Below the pieces are notes generated by a model. That model had not been told where the DNA came from. It worked only from the letters and a program-made list of their open reading frames with translations, and made no database searches. DNA of 64,000 nucleotides, taken from contig CAWIIB010000008.1 in the NCBI GenBank assembly GCA_963836075.1, positions 96,001-160,000 on the forward strand, written 5' to 3'. Each line of letters opens with the position of its first letter. Position 1 is the first letter of the stretch. Shown piece by piece: positions 18,257 through 27,240 of this stretch. This stretch comes from an uncultured Acidobacteriota bacterium (lineage in GTDB: Bacteria; Acidobacteriota; JAQAZP01). The position numbers and the translations under genes were made by a program.

Positions 18257-18954
18257 TGGGCGGTCTCCTCGTCCACCACCCGTCCGTCAAAGAGGTGGAT
18301 GGTCCGCTGGGCGTATTGCAGGTAGCGCGGGTCGTGGGTCACCATGCAGATGGTGGTTCCCCCCTGGTGCAGCTTGCGCATCAGGTCCATCACCACCTCG
18401 CCATTGCGCGAATCGAGGTTTCCGGTGGGCTCGTCGGCCAGCAGGATCAGCGGTTCGCCCACCAGCGCCCGGGCCACCGCCACCCGCTGCTGCTGGCCGC
18501 CGGAGAGCTGGGAGGGATAGTGGTTCAGCCGGTGTTCCATCTCCACCAGCTGGAGCGCTTCACGCACCCGTTGCCGGCGGTCCGCGGTGGCCGTGCCGCG
18601 GTAGACCAGGGGCAGCTCCACGTTCTCGCAGACGGTCAGGTCGCCGATCAGGTTGAAGCTCTGGAAGATGAAGCCGATGGTCCGGTTGCGCAAGGTGGCC
18701 CGCTGGGCATAGCTCAGCGACTCCACCGGCTTCGAGTCGAGCAGGTACTGGCCCTCGGTGGGGGAGTCCAGCAGGCCCATGTTGGACAGCAGTGTCGATT
18801 TGCCGCACCCTGACGGGCCGGCCACGGCCACGAACTCGCCCTTGCTGATTTCCAGGTGCACCCCGGAGAGTGCGTGGGTCTCCACCTCATCGGTGAGGAA
18901 GACTTTTTTCAGTCCCACCATCCGGATCAGCGATTCATTTCCCATCTGGCTCAT
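18253..18954 (-). CDS. ABC transporter ATP-binding protein (MacB/LolD-like)
   Basis: GPSGCGKST, LSGGQQQRVAVARA, LADEPTGNLD, VTHD. Confidence 0.95.
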   Translation of the reverse strand: MSQMGNESLIRMVGLKKVFLTDEVETHALSGVHLEISKGEFVAVAGPSGCGKSTLLSNMGLLDSPTEGQYLLDSKPVESLSYAQRATLRNRTIGFIFQSFNLIGDLTVCENVELPLVYRGTATADRRQRVREALQLVEMEHRLNHYPSQLSGGQQQRVAVARALVGEPLILLADEPTGNLDSRNGEVVMDLMRKLHQGGTTICMVTHDPRYLQYAQRTIHLFDGRVVDEETAQ

Positions 18955-18969
18955 CGTTCCACCTTTCAC

Positions 18970-20223
18970 TTATTTCAGTCGTATCCGGTCGTTGTGGTCC
19001 CACGACGACGTATCCGAGACAATCACCTGGTCGCCCTCGGCCAGTCCTTCAAGAACTTCCACGTGCTTCACCGAGCTGAGGCCCAGCCGCACTGGCACCC
19101 GCACCGCCGATGTCCCGTCCGGGTCCAGCCGGAAGAGGCCCACGCTGCCGTTTTCGGGGCTGGAAGCCGGGCGGCGGGTGAACAGGACGTCGTCCAGCCG
19201 CGTGATCTCCACCACGCCCTCCACGCTCATCTCCGGCCGCGCCCCCCCGGGCAGTTCGCCGGACAGCTCAACCTCCACCAGCACCGTGGTCTCGCGCACC
19301 GCCGGGTCGATGCGGACAACCGTGCCGGGGACGATGCCGTTGCGGGTGTCCACCGACACGGCCTGGCCCAGCTGCACCTCCCCGGCCCGGGTGGCCGGGA
19401 TGCGCAGCTCGGCTTTCAGGCGGCTGGTCTCGGCCACCAGGGCCAGGCTGGTCCCTGGCGCCAGCTGCTGGCCCACCTCCACCGGCACTTCCTGGACCAC
19501 GCCGGCCAGGATGGAGTGCACTTCAAGTGAGCTGAGCTGTTCGGCACGCAGGGCGGCCATGGCCCTTTGCTGGTCCACCCCGGCCCGTTTGGCTTGCAGC
19601 TGGGCCTCGATGGACCGGGCGGTCATGGCCAGCCGTTTCTCCTCGATCGACCTGCGGGTGGCCAGAGAAGCAGCCACGGTTTCCGAGATGTTGAGGTCGA
19701 GGGCGGCAATCAGCCCCTCCCCGGCCAGGGCCCGGTCGGCTTCCAGCTTGAGCTGCGCCTGGAGGTATTCCGACTCCACGGCGGCGGCCTGGGCCTGCTG
19801 GTTCAGCTCTTCGCTGCGCAGCTGCACCTCCAGGCTCACCAGTTCCGCTTCGGCCCTGCGCAGTGCGCTCGATGCGTCCAGTGCGGCCTGCTGTACTTCG
19901 GGATTGCTGAGGATCATCAGCGGCTGGCCCGGTTCCACCCGCTCTCCCGGGTTGACCATGATCCGTTCAACCCGGCCGCTGGTGGCCGCCGGAATCCAGC
20001 GGATTTCCATGGGGACCAGGGTGCCGTACCCCCGGATCTCCCGCATCATCGGCCCCCGCTCCACGGTGCCGATCCAGAGGGTCTCCCGGTCCACCGCCGG
20101 CACGGCCGGGCCGAGCAGGGAGAGGCCCCAGCTGATCAGCGCCACAGCCGCCACTGCGGCGGCGCCCATCAGGTACCGCCGCTGCTTTTTCCGTGTCTTT
20201 ATGCCTTCACGTTTTGTGTCCAC
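18970..20223 (-). CDS. Efflux membrane-fusion (periplasmic adaptor) protein, HlyD/MacA-like
   Basis: N-terminal TM, lipoyl motifs (GRVERIMVNPGERV, GVVQEVPVEVGQ), coiled coil. GTG at 20223 preferred because ORF-track start 20307 lies upstream of the promoter. Confidence 0.88.
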   Translation of the reverse strand: MDTKREGIKTRKKQRRYLMGAAAVAAVALISWGLSLLGPAVPAVDRETLWIGTVERGPMMREIRGYGTLVPMEIRWIPAATSGRVERIMVNPGERVEPGQPLMILSNPEVQQAALDASSALRRAEAELVSLEVQLRSEELNQQAQAAAVESEYLQAQLKLEADRALAGEGLIAALDLNISETVAASLATRRSIEEKRLAMTARSIEAQLQAKRAGVDQQRAMAALRAEQLSSLEVHSILAGVVQEVPVEVGQQLAPGTSLALVAETSRLKAELRIPATRAGEVQLGQAVSVDTRNGIVPGTVVRIDPAVRETTVLVEVELSGELPGGARPEMSVEGVVEITRLDDVLFTRRPASSPENGSVGLFRLDPDGTSAVRVPVRLGLSSVKHVEVLEGLAEGDQVIVSDTSSWDHNDRIRLK

Positions 20224-20268
20224 CTGGATAGATCCCTCCGTTGCGATTCCGTTACGGGAGAGATGTAT

Positions 20269-20284
20269 AGCAAGCGGTGTGCCA
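20269..20284 (-). promoter_or_regulatory. Sigma54 -24/-12 promoter
   Basis: Minus strand TGGCAC-ACCGC-TTGCT matches TGGCAC-N5-TTGCW exactly, 45 bp upstream of the adaptor start. Confidence 0.88.
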
Positions 20285-20413
20285 GGAGGAGGTGAGGTGA
20301 GGGTCATCCCACGGGGTCTCGCGGAAGTTCTTTGATCTCAGATGGATGGAGGGTGCCGTGGGCTGAGGGGGCCGGCAGGCCATACGGGACCGGTCTCCTG
20401 GGGGCCGGGGAAG

Positions 20414-20450
20414 TGTGCGCTGGTGAACAGGGGAATCCCAATACCGGACA
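20414..20450. promoter_or_regulatory. Candidate enhancer (UAS) for the sigma54 activator
   Basis: TGT-N10-ACA at 20414-20429, a degenerate copy ending GGACA 21 bp away, about 130-165 bp upstream of the -24 element. Confidence 0.45.
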
Positions 20451-20455
20451 GTAGG

Positions 20456-20935
20456 TCAGTACGCTGACTTTGGATTGAGCTGGGCGGCCAGGGCCGCCGT
20501 GCCGCCCTTGAGGATCCAGATGTCTTTCAGCCCCACATGGCGCAGGCCCAGGGCAACGGCGGTGGCCCGGTGTCCTGCCTGGCAGACCACCACCACTTCT
20601 TTTCCCGCCAGTGTGCCGATTAGTTCAGGGGTGAAAACCTGGTCCATGGGAATGGTGAGGGCTCCGGGGAATGTGAATCCGATGACACCGGTTTCTCCGG
20701 GTGTCCGCACGTCGAGCACCAGCGGCGGCTCTTCCGTTTTCAGAGCGCAGAGAAATGTCTCCACCGGCATCATTCGCAGGGCGGCCATGGTGTCGGCGGC
20801 CGAGAACGGGGCGAAGAACCGCTGGTAGCTGGCGGCCAGTTCCTCGTCCCAGGTGACGGCCTCGCCGGCGGTAACTGCCGTCGTACAGCAGAGGGCCACC
20901 AGCAGGATGGCTGAAAGTGTACTCTTCATCTTCAT
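20456..20935 (-). CDS. Exported rhodanese-domain protein
   Basis: RBS gaaggag, signal peptide MKMKSTLSAILLVALCC, LDVRTPGE, CQAGHR active loop, ILKGG. Confidence 0.85.
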   Translation of the reverse strand: MKMKSTLSAILLVALCCTTAVTAGEAVTWDEELAASYQRFFAPFSAADTMAALRMMPVETFLCALKTEEPPLVLDVRTPGETGVIGFTFPGALTIPMDQVFTPELIGTLAGKEVVVVCQAGHRATAVALGLRHVGLKDIWILKGGTAALAAQLNPKSAY

Positions 20936-21009
20936 TTCTCCTTCTTCAGTGAAAACGAGGTGACCGTCACTCGTAGATTCTGTCATTGCGAGCCCCCGCG
21001 GGTCGGAGT

Positions 21010-22293
21010 TCACGATGACCTGTCGCCAATGCTCAGCCAATCTTCTTCGATCAGCCGGCTGGCCTCCCGTGCTTCTTCACGGATGCGCGGGATCTGGTCC
21101 TGCAGGGCGGCCACCACGGCTTCCCGCTCCTCCAGCAGCCGGCGGAACCGTTCCTGCAGGCACTCCAGGCTCAGCTCCTCGATGGGCAGGACAAAGCGCT
21201 CCAACCCCAACTGGGCCATGATCCCGGCTGTTTTCGGCTGGTAGCCCACGGCCAGCACCGGCACACACATCGTCATGGCGAAGATGTTGGAGTGCATCCG
21301 CGTGCCGACAAAGATGTCCATCTCTCCGCAGAGCCCCCTGATCCGGGACGGGTCCAGTTCCTCCTCCAGGATGTGGATCCGCGGGGCGCCTCCAGCCTGG
21401 GCCGCCGCCCGGCGGGCCGCCTCACGGTCGTCGTCCCCACCACTGACGTAGGTCACCTGGGGGATGAAGAAGACCGCGGCGTTCATCTCCTCCGCCAGCC
21501 AGCCGGCAAAGCGGCCCAGGGTCTGTTCGTAGTGCTGCTGATCCCCCGGGGTACGGAACCAGGAGCGCACGGTGAGGCCGACCCTGATCCCCCCTGGCGG
21601 TGGCGGCGGCAGGCCCTCCGGCGGCTCCGCTGCGGTGAGCAGGAACGCGGCATCGGCGGCAGTTCGGACGGCGGGCATCTTCCGCCGGCCCGACCAGCGT
21701 TCCAGCCGGCGCCGGGTGTCGTCCTCCCTGGCGAAGACGATTCTCACCCCGACCAGGGAGCGCTGCACCAGCCACTCCTGAAAACGGCCGGCAAAGGGGC
21801 CGATGGACTGGGAGAAGAGGTAGACCGGTTTGCCCAGCAGAGCGGCACCGTGGAAACCGTAGATCACCGAGAGCAGGACGACGTTCCCCTTGAGTCGTGA
21901 CCGGGTGTAGAGGTAGCCGCCGCCGGCGGCGATCACCAGGTCGGCCTTGTGGTAGTTCCGCAGCAGCCGGCGCAGCGGGTTCCAGACCGGCAGGTCGAGG
22001 CCGAGGAACCGCCGGCCGGCGATCCAGAGCAGGGTCAGAGGGTAGATGAAAAACAGGAAGCCCAGTCCCTGCACGGCGGTGTTGGCCGACAGCGATCTCT
22101 TCAGCGAGACAAAGGAGTCGATCACCGTGCCGGGGAAACCGTCCGCTTCCCCCGGGCCCGCCGCCGAGGAGATGGTGAACTCTGCATCGCGGAACGCGTC
22201 CCGTGACCGCAGGTCCTGCACCATGCCGGCGACGATGCCGGCATCGCCCTTGTTCCGGGCGCTGTAGGCGTTGGTGATCAGGATCTGCGGCAT
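21010..22293 (-). CDS. Polysaccharide pyruvyltransferase family (WcaK-like)
   Basis: MPQILITNAYSARNKGDAGI, AAGGGYL, SQSIGP, FARE, GTRMHS. Confidence 0.88.
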   Translation of the reverse strand: MPQILITNAYSARNKGDAGIVAGMVQDLRSRDAFRDAEFTISSAAGPGEADGFPGTVIDSFVSLKRSLSANTAVQGLGFLFFIYPLTLLWIAGRRFLGLDLPVWNPLRRLLRNYHKADLVIAAGGGYLYTRSRLKGNVVLLSVIYGFHGAALLGKPVYLFSQSIGPFAGRFQEWLVQRSLVGVRIVFAREDDTRRRLERWSGRRKMPAVRTAADAAFLLTAAEPPEGLPPPPPGGIRVGLTVRSWFRTPGDQQHYEQTLGRFAGWLAEEMNAAVFFIPQVTYVSGGDDDREAARRAAAQAGGAPRIHILEEELDPSRIRGLCGEMDIFVGTRMHSNIFAMTMCVPVLAVGYQPKTAGIMAQLGLERFVLPIEELSLECLQERFRRLLEEREAVVAALQDQIPRIREEAREASRLIEEDWLSIGDRSS

Positions 22294-22303
22294 CAACGGG
22301 ACC

Positions 22304-24925
22304 TCAGAGGGTGGACGATTCCAGCAGCTGCAGTCCGGCCCGTTCCATCCGTTCCCGGTAGGTGTCGTGGGAGTGGTAGTGGTGGACAAACTGCTCCTTG
22401 ACCGAGAGATCACTGTCCAGGACGGCCAGGTCGACGGCTGACGCACCGAGCTCGGCCTCGATCGTCCGCTCCAGCCCGGTGGTCTCCTCGCCGTTCTCCC
22501 GCCGCTGGGCCAGCAGGGCCGGCAGGTAGCCGCCCGGGCCGAGCTTGACCTCGGTGGAGGTGAACACGCCCGCCGCCTGCACCGCTTCCACCTGCTCGTC
22601 GATCCCCACCCGGCAGTTGGGGAAGATCCAGGCCCGGCCCCCGGGCAGGGCGAGAAAGTAGACCGCGGCGATGTAGGAGAAGAAGGGGTTGATCCGCGCC
22701 CGCCCCGCCGGCCGGTTGTCGGTGGCCGGGGTGGTGATCTCGTTCCAGGTGGGCATGCCGATGATCAGCGGCGACTGTTTGGTCACCGGGAAATGCTTCA
22801 TCAGCTGCCGGGCGTGACTGATGGTGGCCAGGATCTCGAAGTTGAGATTGTCGTTGAGGCCGAGAATGGAGCCCAGGGCCACCTCCAGGCCGGCACGGAG
22901 CGCCCGTTCCTGGGCCCCGAGACGGAAGGCGAAGCCGTCCCCGCCGGTGAGGATCTTCCAGTGGTCGTCGATACCCCAGGCCTTGGGCCCGGAGATGATC
23001 TGCCGGTTGTAGCAGGTCCGGTCGTAGGTCTCCTGCCAGACGATCATCGAATCGGCGCCCAGCTGCTTCAGCCCGCGGTACTGGTTCTCGGTCATCGCCA
23101 TGGTGCAGAAGCAGATCTTCAGTCGGACCCCCAGCGATTCCCCCAGCGCCCGGGTTCTTTGCACCAGCGAGGGCAGCAGGGTGCGCACGAAGCGGAAGTC
23201 GTCACCTCCGACGAACTCGATGTAGTGGATGCCCTTGTCCACCAGGTAGCGGACCTGCTCCATGATCAGGTCGCCGGAGATCTTCAGCCGCGGCATGGCG
23301 AAGTTCGAGGAGCGCCAGCCGCAGAACCCGCAGTTGCTCGCGCAGGCGTTGGACGCCTCCACCGGGGCCATGGGGATCACCGAGTTGCTGAAGGTCAGCC
23401 GCCGCAGGGCTGTGGAGGTTTCCAGCACCTGCTGCTTGAGTTCCGGGAAGACGGGGGAGTGGATGCCGTTGATCAGCAGGTTGACCTCGGCCAGGGTCGG
23501 TTCATCGCCTTTTTCACAGCGCTGGAGGATAGCGCGCAGCTGGTCCGTGTCGGGCGTGGTCCGCTGGAGGCTCAGCGGGAACAGCTCCTTTAGCGAGCGG
23601 CGGCTGATCACCGCCGATTCGGTGGAGCGGTCGGGTGGCGGCGGCTCTCCGGGCAGGGCCAGCCGGGAAACCACCGAGCGCAGTTTCTGTGCCGGGTCGC
23701 GGCGGACCCGGTCCACCAGCGAGACCTGAACGTCCACGCCACTGCCGGTGAGCCGCTGCAGCGCTTCGGTGATCTCGTCCACAGTCGATGCTTCCAGCGT
23801 TCCCGAGGCGCTGATCTCCACCACCATGTGGTGCAGATCCTCCTGGACCAGTTTCCACTGGCCCACACCGGCCGCGTGATCGAGGATCAGGAAGAAGGGG
23901 TGCGGGGAGAGCACTTCGCCATCGGGCAGCACCACGAAGTCGCCGCTGCGCCCGCGGATCTCCCGCATCAAAGGCAGCCCCCGCCCGCAGGCTGGCGATT
24001 CCACGGAGAGCGTGCCCATATCGCCCTGCTGGTAGCGGATAAAGGGCATGGAGAAGTTGGTCAGGTTGGTGATGTACAGCTCGCCTTCCATACCGGTTGG
24101 TTGCGGCACACCGTCCTGCAGAGACTCGAGGATCACCGTGTCGGCGCTGAGGTGATACCCGGGACAGACCGGGCACTCCCAGGCGATCACCGACCCGGCC
24201 TCCTCCGAGGCGTAGACATCCACCACCTCGGCGCGGAAGGTGTCGGCCAGCAGTTGCCGGCCGGCGGCGTCGAGCATGCCCGAGGTGCTGGCGATCAGCG
24301 GGATGCGCAGGTCGGTGATGCCCCGCTCCTGCACTGCCCGGGCAAAGAGCTTCAGGGTCAGGGCGTAGCCCTGCAGCAGGTGCGGCTGCCAGGCCCTGGT
24401 CTCCTCGATCCAGGCGTCGGGCGGGTCGCCGGTGGCCAGCACCCGGCGGCGGAAGAGGCCCAACTGCTGGTACCACTGTTTTCGTGCGCCGCCCTGGGGC
24501 CGGGCCTCGAAGTAGAGCAGGCGGTGCCCGGGTTTCAGTGTTCGGCCCAGGTGGGCCCGCAGGAATGAGGCGTTCATCGCCGTGCGGTCCGCCGGCCCGT
24601 AGCGGATCTCCAGCGGCTCGCCGGTGGCCCCGCTGGTGCGGCTGCTCATCAGCTTGCGCGGGTCGGCCTGGCTTGAGATCAGCCGCTCCGGCGGCTGCTC
24701 CTGGAGGTCCCGTCTGGTGGTCAGCGGGATCTTCTGCAGGTCGTCCACACCCCGGATCTCCCGGGGGTCGAGGCCGGCCTCGCGGAAGAGGTCACGGTAA
24801 TAAGGGACGGTGGCGCAGGCATGACTCACCAGCCGGTGCAGCATCCTGTCCTGCCGCTGCCGGATCCGTTCCGCCGAGTCCCACTGGGATCTCAGCAGCG
24901 ACGCCAGTTGTATCGCACCCCTCAT
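22304..24925 (-). CDS. CapK/PaaK-family adenylate-forming ligase apparently fused to a ThiH/HydG/NosL-like radical SAM domain
   Basis: N-half: VPYYR, RTSGATGEP, YASEE, MPFIRYQQGD, IRGR. C-half: CASNCGFC, WQETY, GPK, AQERALRAG...GSILGL. Confidence 0.8.
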   Translation of the reverse strand: MRGAIQLASLLRSQWDSAERIRQRQDRMLHRLVSHACATVPYYRDLFREAGLDPREIRGVDDLQKIPLTTRRDLQEQPPERLISSQADPRKLMSSRTSGATGEPLEIRYGPADRTAMNASFLRAHLGRTLKPGHRLLYFEARPQGGARKQWYQQLGLFRRRVLATGDPPDAWIEETRAWQPHLLQGYALTLKLFARAVQERGITDLRIPLIASTSGMLDAAGRQLLADTFRAEVVDVYASEEAGSVIAWECPVCPGYHLSADTVILESLQDGVPQPTGMEGELYITNLTNFSMPFIRYQQGDMGTLSVESPACGRGLPLMREIRGRSGDFVVLPDGEVLSPHPFFLILDHAAGVGQWKLVQEDLHHMVVEISASGTLEASTVDEITEALQRLTGSGVDVQVSLVDRVRRDPAQKLRSVVSRLALPGEPPPPDRSTESAVISRRSLKELFPLSLQRTTPDTDQLRAILQRCEKGDEPTLAEVNLLINGIHSPVFPELKQQVLETSTALRRLTFSNSVIPMAPVEASNACASNCGFCGWRSSNFAMPRLKISGDLIMEQVRYLVDKGIHYIEFVGGDDFRFVRTLLPSLVQRTRALGESLGVRLKICFCTMAMTENQYRGLKQLGADSMIVWQETYDRTCYNRQIISGPKAWGIDDHWKILTGGDGFAFRLGAQERALRAGLEVALGSILGLNDNLNFEILATISHARQLMKHFPVTKQSPLIIGMPTWNEITTPATDNRPAGRARINPFFSYIAAVYFLALPGGRAWIFPNCRVGIDEQVEAVQAAGVFTSTEVKLGPGGYLPALLAQRRENGEETTGLERTIEAELGASAVDLAVLDSDLSVKEQFVHHYHSHDTYRERMERAGLQLLESSTL

Positions 24926-25009
24926 GGCTCATCCCTCAACGCTGGTGTGAACGGCGATTACTATCCTGACTCCAGGCTCTGCCAACCCCGTTTGAGACAG
25001 CGACCTCGG

Positions 25010-25399
25010 CTAGCGAGCCACAACATGCTCAGCGAAGAGCTCGAGAACCTGCTCTTTTGATCTGGACCCATCGGCAACATCGACTGTCAATTTCTCCAGG
25101 GCCTCATCCGAGGCCGCGAGTTCATGATCGCTGATCAGAAGAAAGAGTTCAGCTGTAGTTACCGCCACCCTCTTGTTGCCGTCGATGAAAGGATGATTCT
25201 TGCAGAAGTGGAAGTGGTAGGCCGCAGCCATGTCGCTCAATTGGGGATGCAGGAAGTTCCCACCGAAAGTGGAGCGCGGCATGGCGGCGGCTGATTCGAG
25301 CAACCCGCGATCACGCAAAACGGGATCTCCTCCGAATTCTTCGATGACCCGCTGGTGGATGGCGAACACATCGGAAACGGTTAGAAAGACTGGAGCCAT
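25010..25399 (-). CDS. doc: Doc/Fic-family toxin (death-on-curing)
   Basis: NHPFIDGNKR Fic motif, LRDRGLLESA, 129 aa. Confidence 0.9.
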   Translation of the reverse strand: MAPVFLTVSDVFAIHQRVIEEFGGDPVLRDRGLLESAAAMPRSTFGGNFLHPQLSDMAAAYHFHFCKNHPFIDGNKRVAVTTAELFLLISDHELAASDEALEKLTVDVADGSRSKEQVLELFAEHVVAR

Positions 25400-25629
25400 T
25401 ATTCCGCCAATCGCTTGAGGACTTTTCTACGTTTGTTGACGACGTATTCCAGTTTGTCGGCGATTGTCGCCTTATCGACTTGAGACGGGTGAGCTGGCGA
25501 GACGATCAGATGTCCGTCCTGAATAGTCAGCTGAACCTGTCCGTTTTCCTCCAGTCCAAGGATTTCAAGGATTGGCTTGTCAAGAATCAGCGCGTTGCTG
25601 TTACCGACTTTGCGAAGCTGCTTTATCAT
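25399..25629 (-). CDS. AbrB/MazE-family antitoxin
   Basis: MIKQLRKVGNSNALIL, C-terminal VLKRLAE, RBS GAGGTG, 1-nt overlap with the toxin. Confidence 0.88.
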   Translation of the reverse strand: MIKQLRKVGNSNALILDKPILEILGLEENGQVQLTIQDGHLIVSPAHPSQVDKATIADKLEYVVNKRRKVLKRLAE

Positions 25630-25643
25630 GATCATCACCTCAT

Positions 25644-25684
25644 GGTTATAACGAAATTACAACCTTGTTGGCGGACTTTGTCAA
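25644..25684 (-). promoter_or_regulatory. Sigma70 promoter with palindromic operator for the TA pair
   Basis: TTGACA-N17-TGTAAT (25684-25656); imperfect inverted repeat GGTTATAAC-gaa-ATTACAACC (25644-25664) overlaps the -10. Confidence 0.75.
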
Positions 25685-25812
25685 TCTTCGTGACCGTCCT
25701 GCACGGTGATGACCACTTTTCCAGAGGTGTGACCCTTCTCCCAGTATCGAATCGCGTCACCGGCCTCGCTCAAGGGGTAGGTCCTGTCGATGAGCGGCTT
25801 GACCTTGCCAGC
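25681..25812 (-). pseudogene. C-terminal remnant of an MDR-family NAD(P)-dependent alcohol dehydrogenase/quinone oxidoreductase
   Basis: Manual translation AGKVKPLIDRTYPLSEAGDAIRYWEKGHTSGKVVITVQDGHED*, a typical MDR C-terminus with no N-terminal part. Confidence 0.75.
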
Positions 25813-25869
25813 ATAGTACACCCCTCACTTCTCACTCTTCCCGGACGGCGATCACCAGTGAACCCCTGT

Positions 25870-26106
25870 TTACTGACGAGTCCACTCAATCTCCATATCC
25901 TGCTGGTCCCCCAGTGCCTCGCGCAGGAGATTGAGCAGACCTTCGTCCACCCCACGGTTGGCGAACAACTCAAGGGTATCCCGGTTGATGTAGTAGTCCC
26001 GGTCATCAGCAGATTCCTCCTCGAGCTGGTCAACGAGGAATTGCAACTGGTCCTCTGAAATTGAGCCCACTGGAACACCTGTTTTCTTGTTGCGGATTTC
26101 GATCAT
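25870..26106 (-). CDS. Small acidic hypothetical protein (78 aa)
   Basis: RBS aaaggag; MIEIRNKKTG...ISEDQLQFLVDQLEEES..DRDYYI, which resembles a small conserved family of unknown function. Confidence 0.75.
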   Translation of the reverse strand: MIEIRNKKTGVPVGSISEDQLQFLVDQLEEESADDRDYYINRDTLELFANRGVDEGLLNLLREALGDQQDMEIEWTRQ

Positions 26107-26408
26107 GTCCGGCTCCTTTCTGTTCCGTATTCTTGACTGTGTGCCCATTGTTGGGCGCCTGTGGCCAATGGAATGGTTCAGTTTTCTTCAACGTGAATGG
26201 AAAGATCTCACCACATGGTAGCCGACTACCCCAACTATCGACAGCAGGATCAGTGGCAGGAACACAATTCCCAGGCCCTTTCAAGCTGATGGAATCAGGG
26301 CGGGCCCTCCATGATCGGCGATCTCGGCCGCTGCCCTGGCCTCGCGCCGGGCATCATCATCGCCGAAAAAGCTGCAGCCCGATGTTGCCGGAAGCAGCAG
26401 CTGCGGAG

Positions 26409-27153
26409 TTATATTCTCAGGTCCGCAATCACCGGCATGTGATCGCTGGCCACCTTGACCGATGGCAAGCGGCCCCGCCTGCCATTGATGATCTTCAGAC
26501 CCCGGCAGAATATTTTATCCAACCCGCTGGTGGGGGAAAACGACGGGTAGGTCAACATGGCGTTCTGGTAGCCATGCTTCCGGTTGGTGGCACAATCAAA
26601 ACCGAGGATTTCCGTGAGCATGGGCGCCAGCCGTTTCATCAGATCGTTGAAATCCCCGGCAATGATGCAGGGGGCGGCAACGTCCAGTGCGGTAAATTCA
26701 GGCGAGCGGACCACCAGGCCCAGCTGCCGGGGCCGTTCCCTGAACGACAGGCCCAGGTGCACGTTGAACACCGGCAAGGTTCTGGGCTTTTGCTTTCGCG
26801 TGGGAACTGAAAACCGGGTGTAGAGACAGCCCCTGGATTTGCGCTTCTCGATGGTCAGGTCGAGGTTTTTCGTCTCCACGATGGGAAAGCGGCTGAGGGT
26901 GGCGTTGCCATACATCCCCTTGCTCAGTTTCACATTCAGCCCGACGGCATAGTGGGGGTAGCCGGCCAGATAGGCCAGTGTTTCCGCCAGATCCAGCCGC
27001 CGGGAACGGGGAACGCCCACATCCACTTCCTGCAGCAGGTACGATATCCGCGTCGTAGTGGGCGATGATGTTGGCGATCCGCTCCGGCCGGAAGAGCCGG
27101 TCCACACCGATGGCCCGGTGGATGTTGTATGACATGATCCGGAGCTTCATCAT
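26409..27153 (-). CDS. Endonuclease/exonuclease/phosphatase (YbhP-like), one frameshift near 27040
   Basis: MSYNIH...ADIV in one frame; LLQEVD, YGNA.LSR, NVHL, GDFN, LDKIF, ASDH.P in the next. Confidence 0.85.
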
Positions 27154-27240
27154 CCCTCCGACGGTTCGATTCAGTTTCCTGCCATTCCGGTGGCTCTGTT
27201 GTAACGACAGCGGCCCAGCCTGTCAACCGCGTTGCGCGGG

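Noticed and set aside
25870-26106. Glycolipid-synthase label sometimes given to similar small proteins
   Set aside because: 78 aa is too short and it has no glycosyltransferase motif, so it is left as hypothetical.
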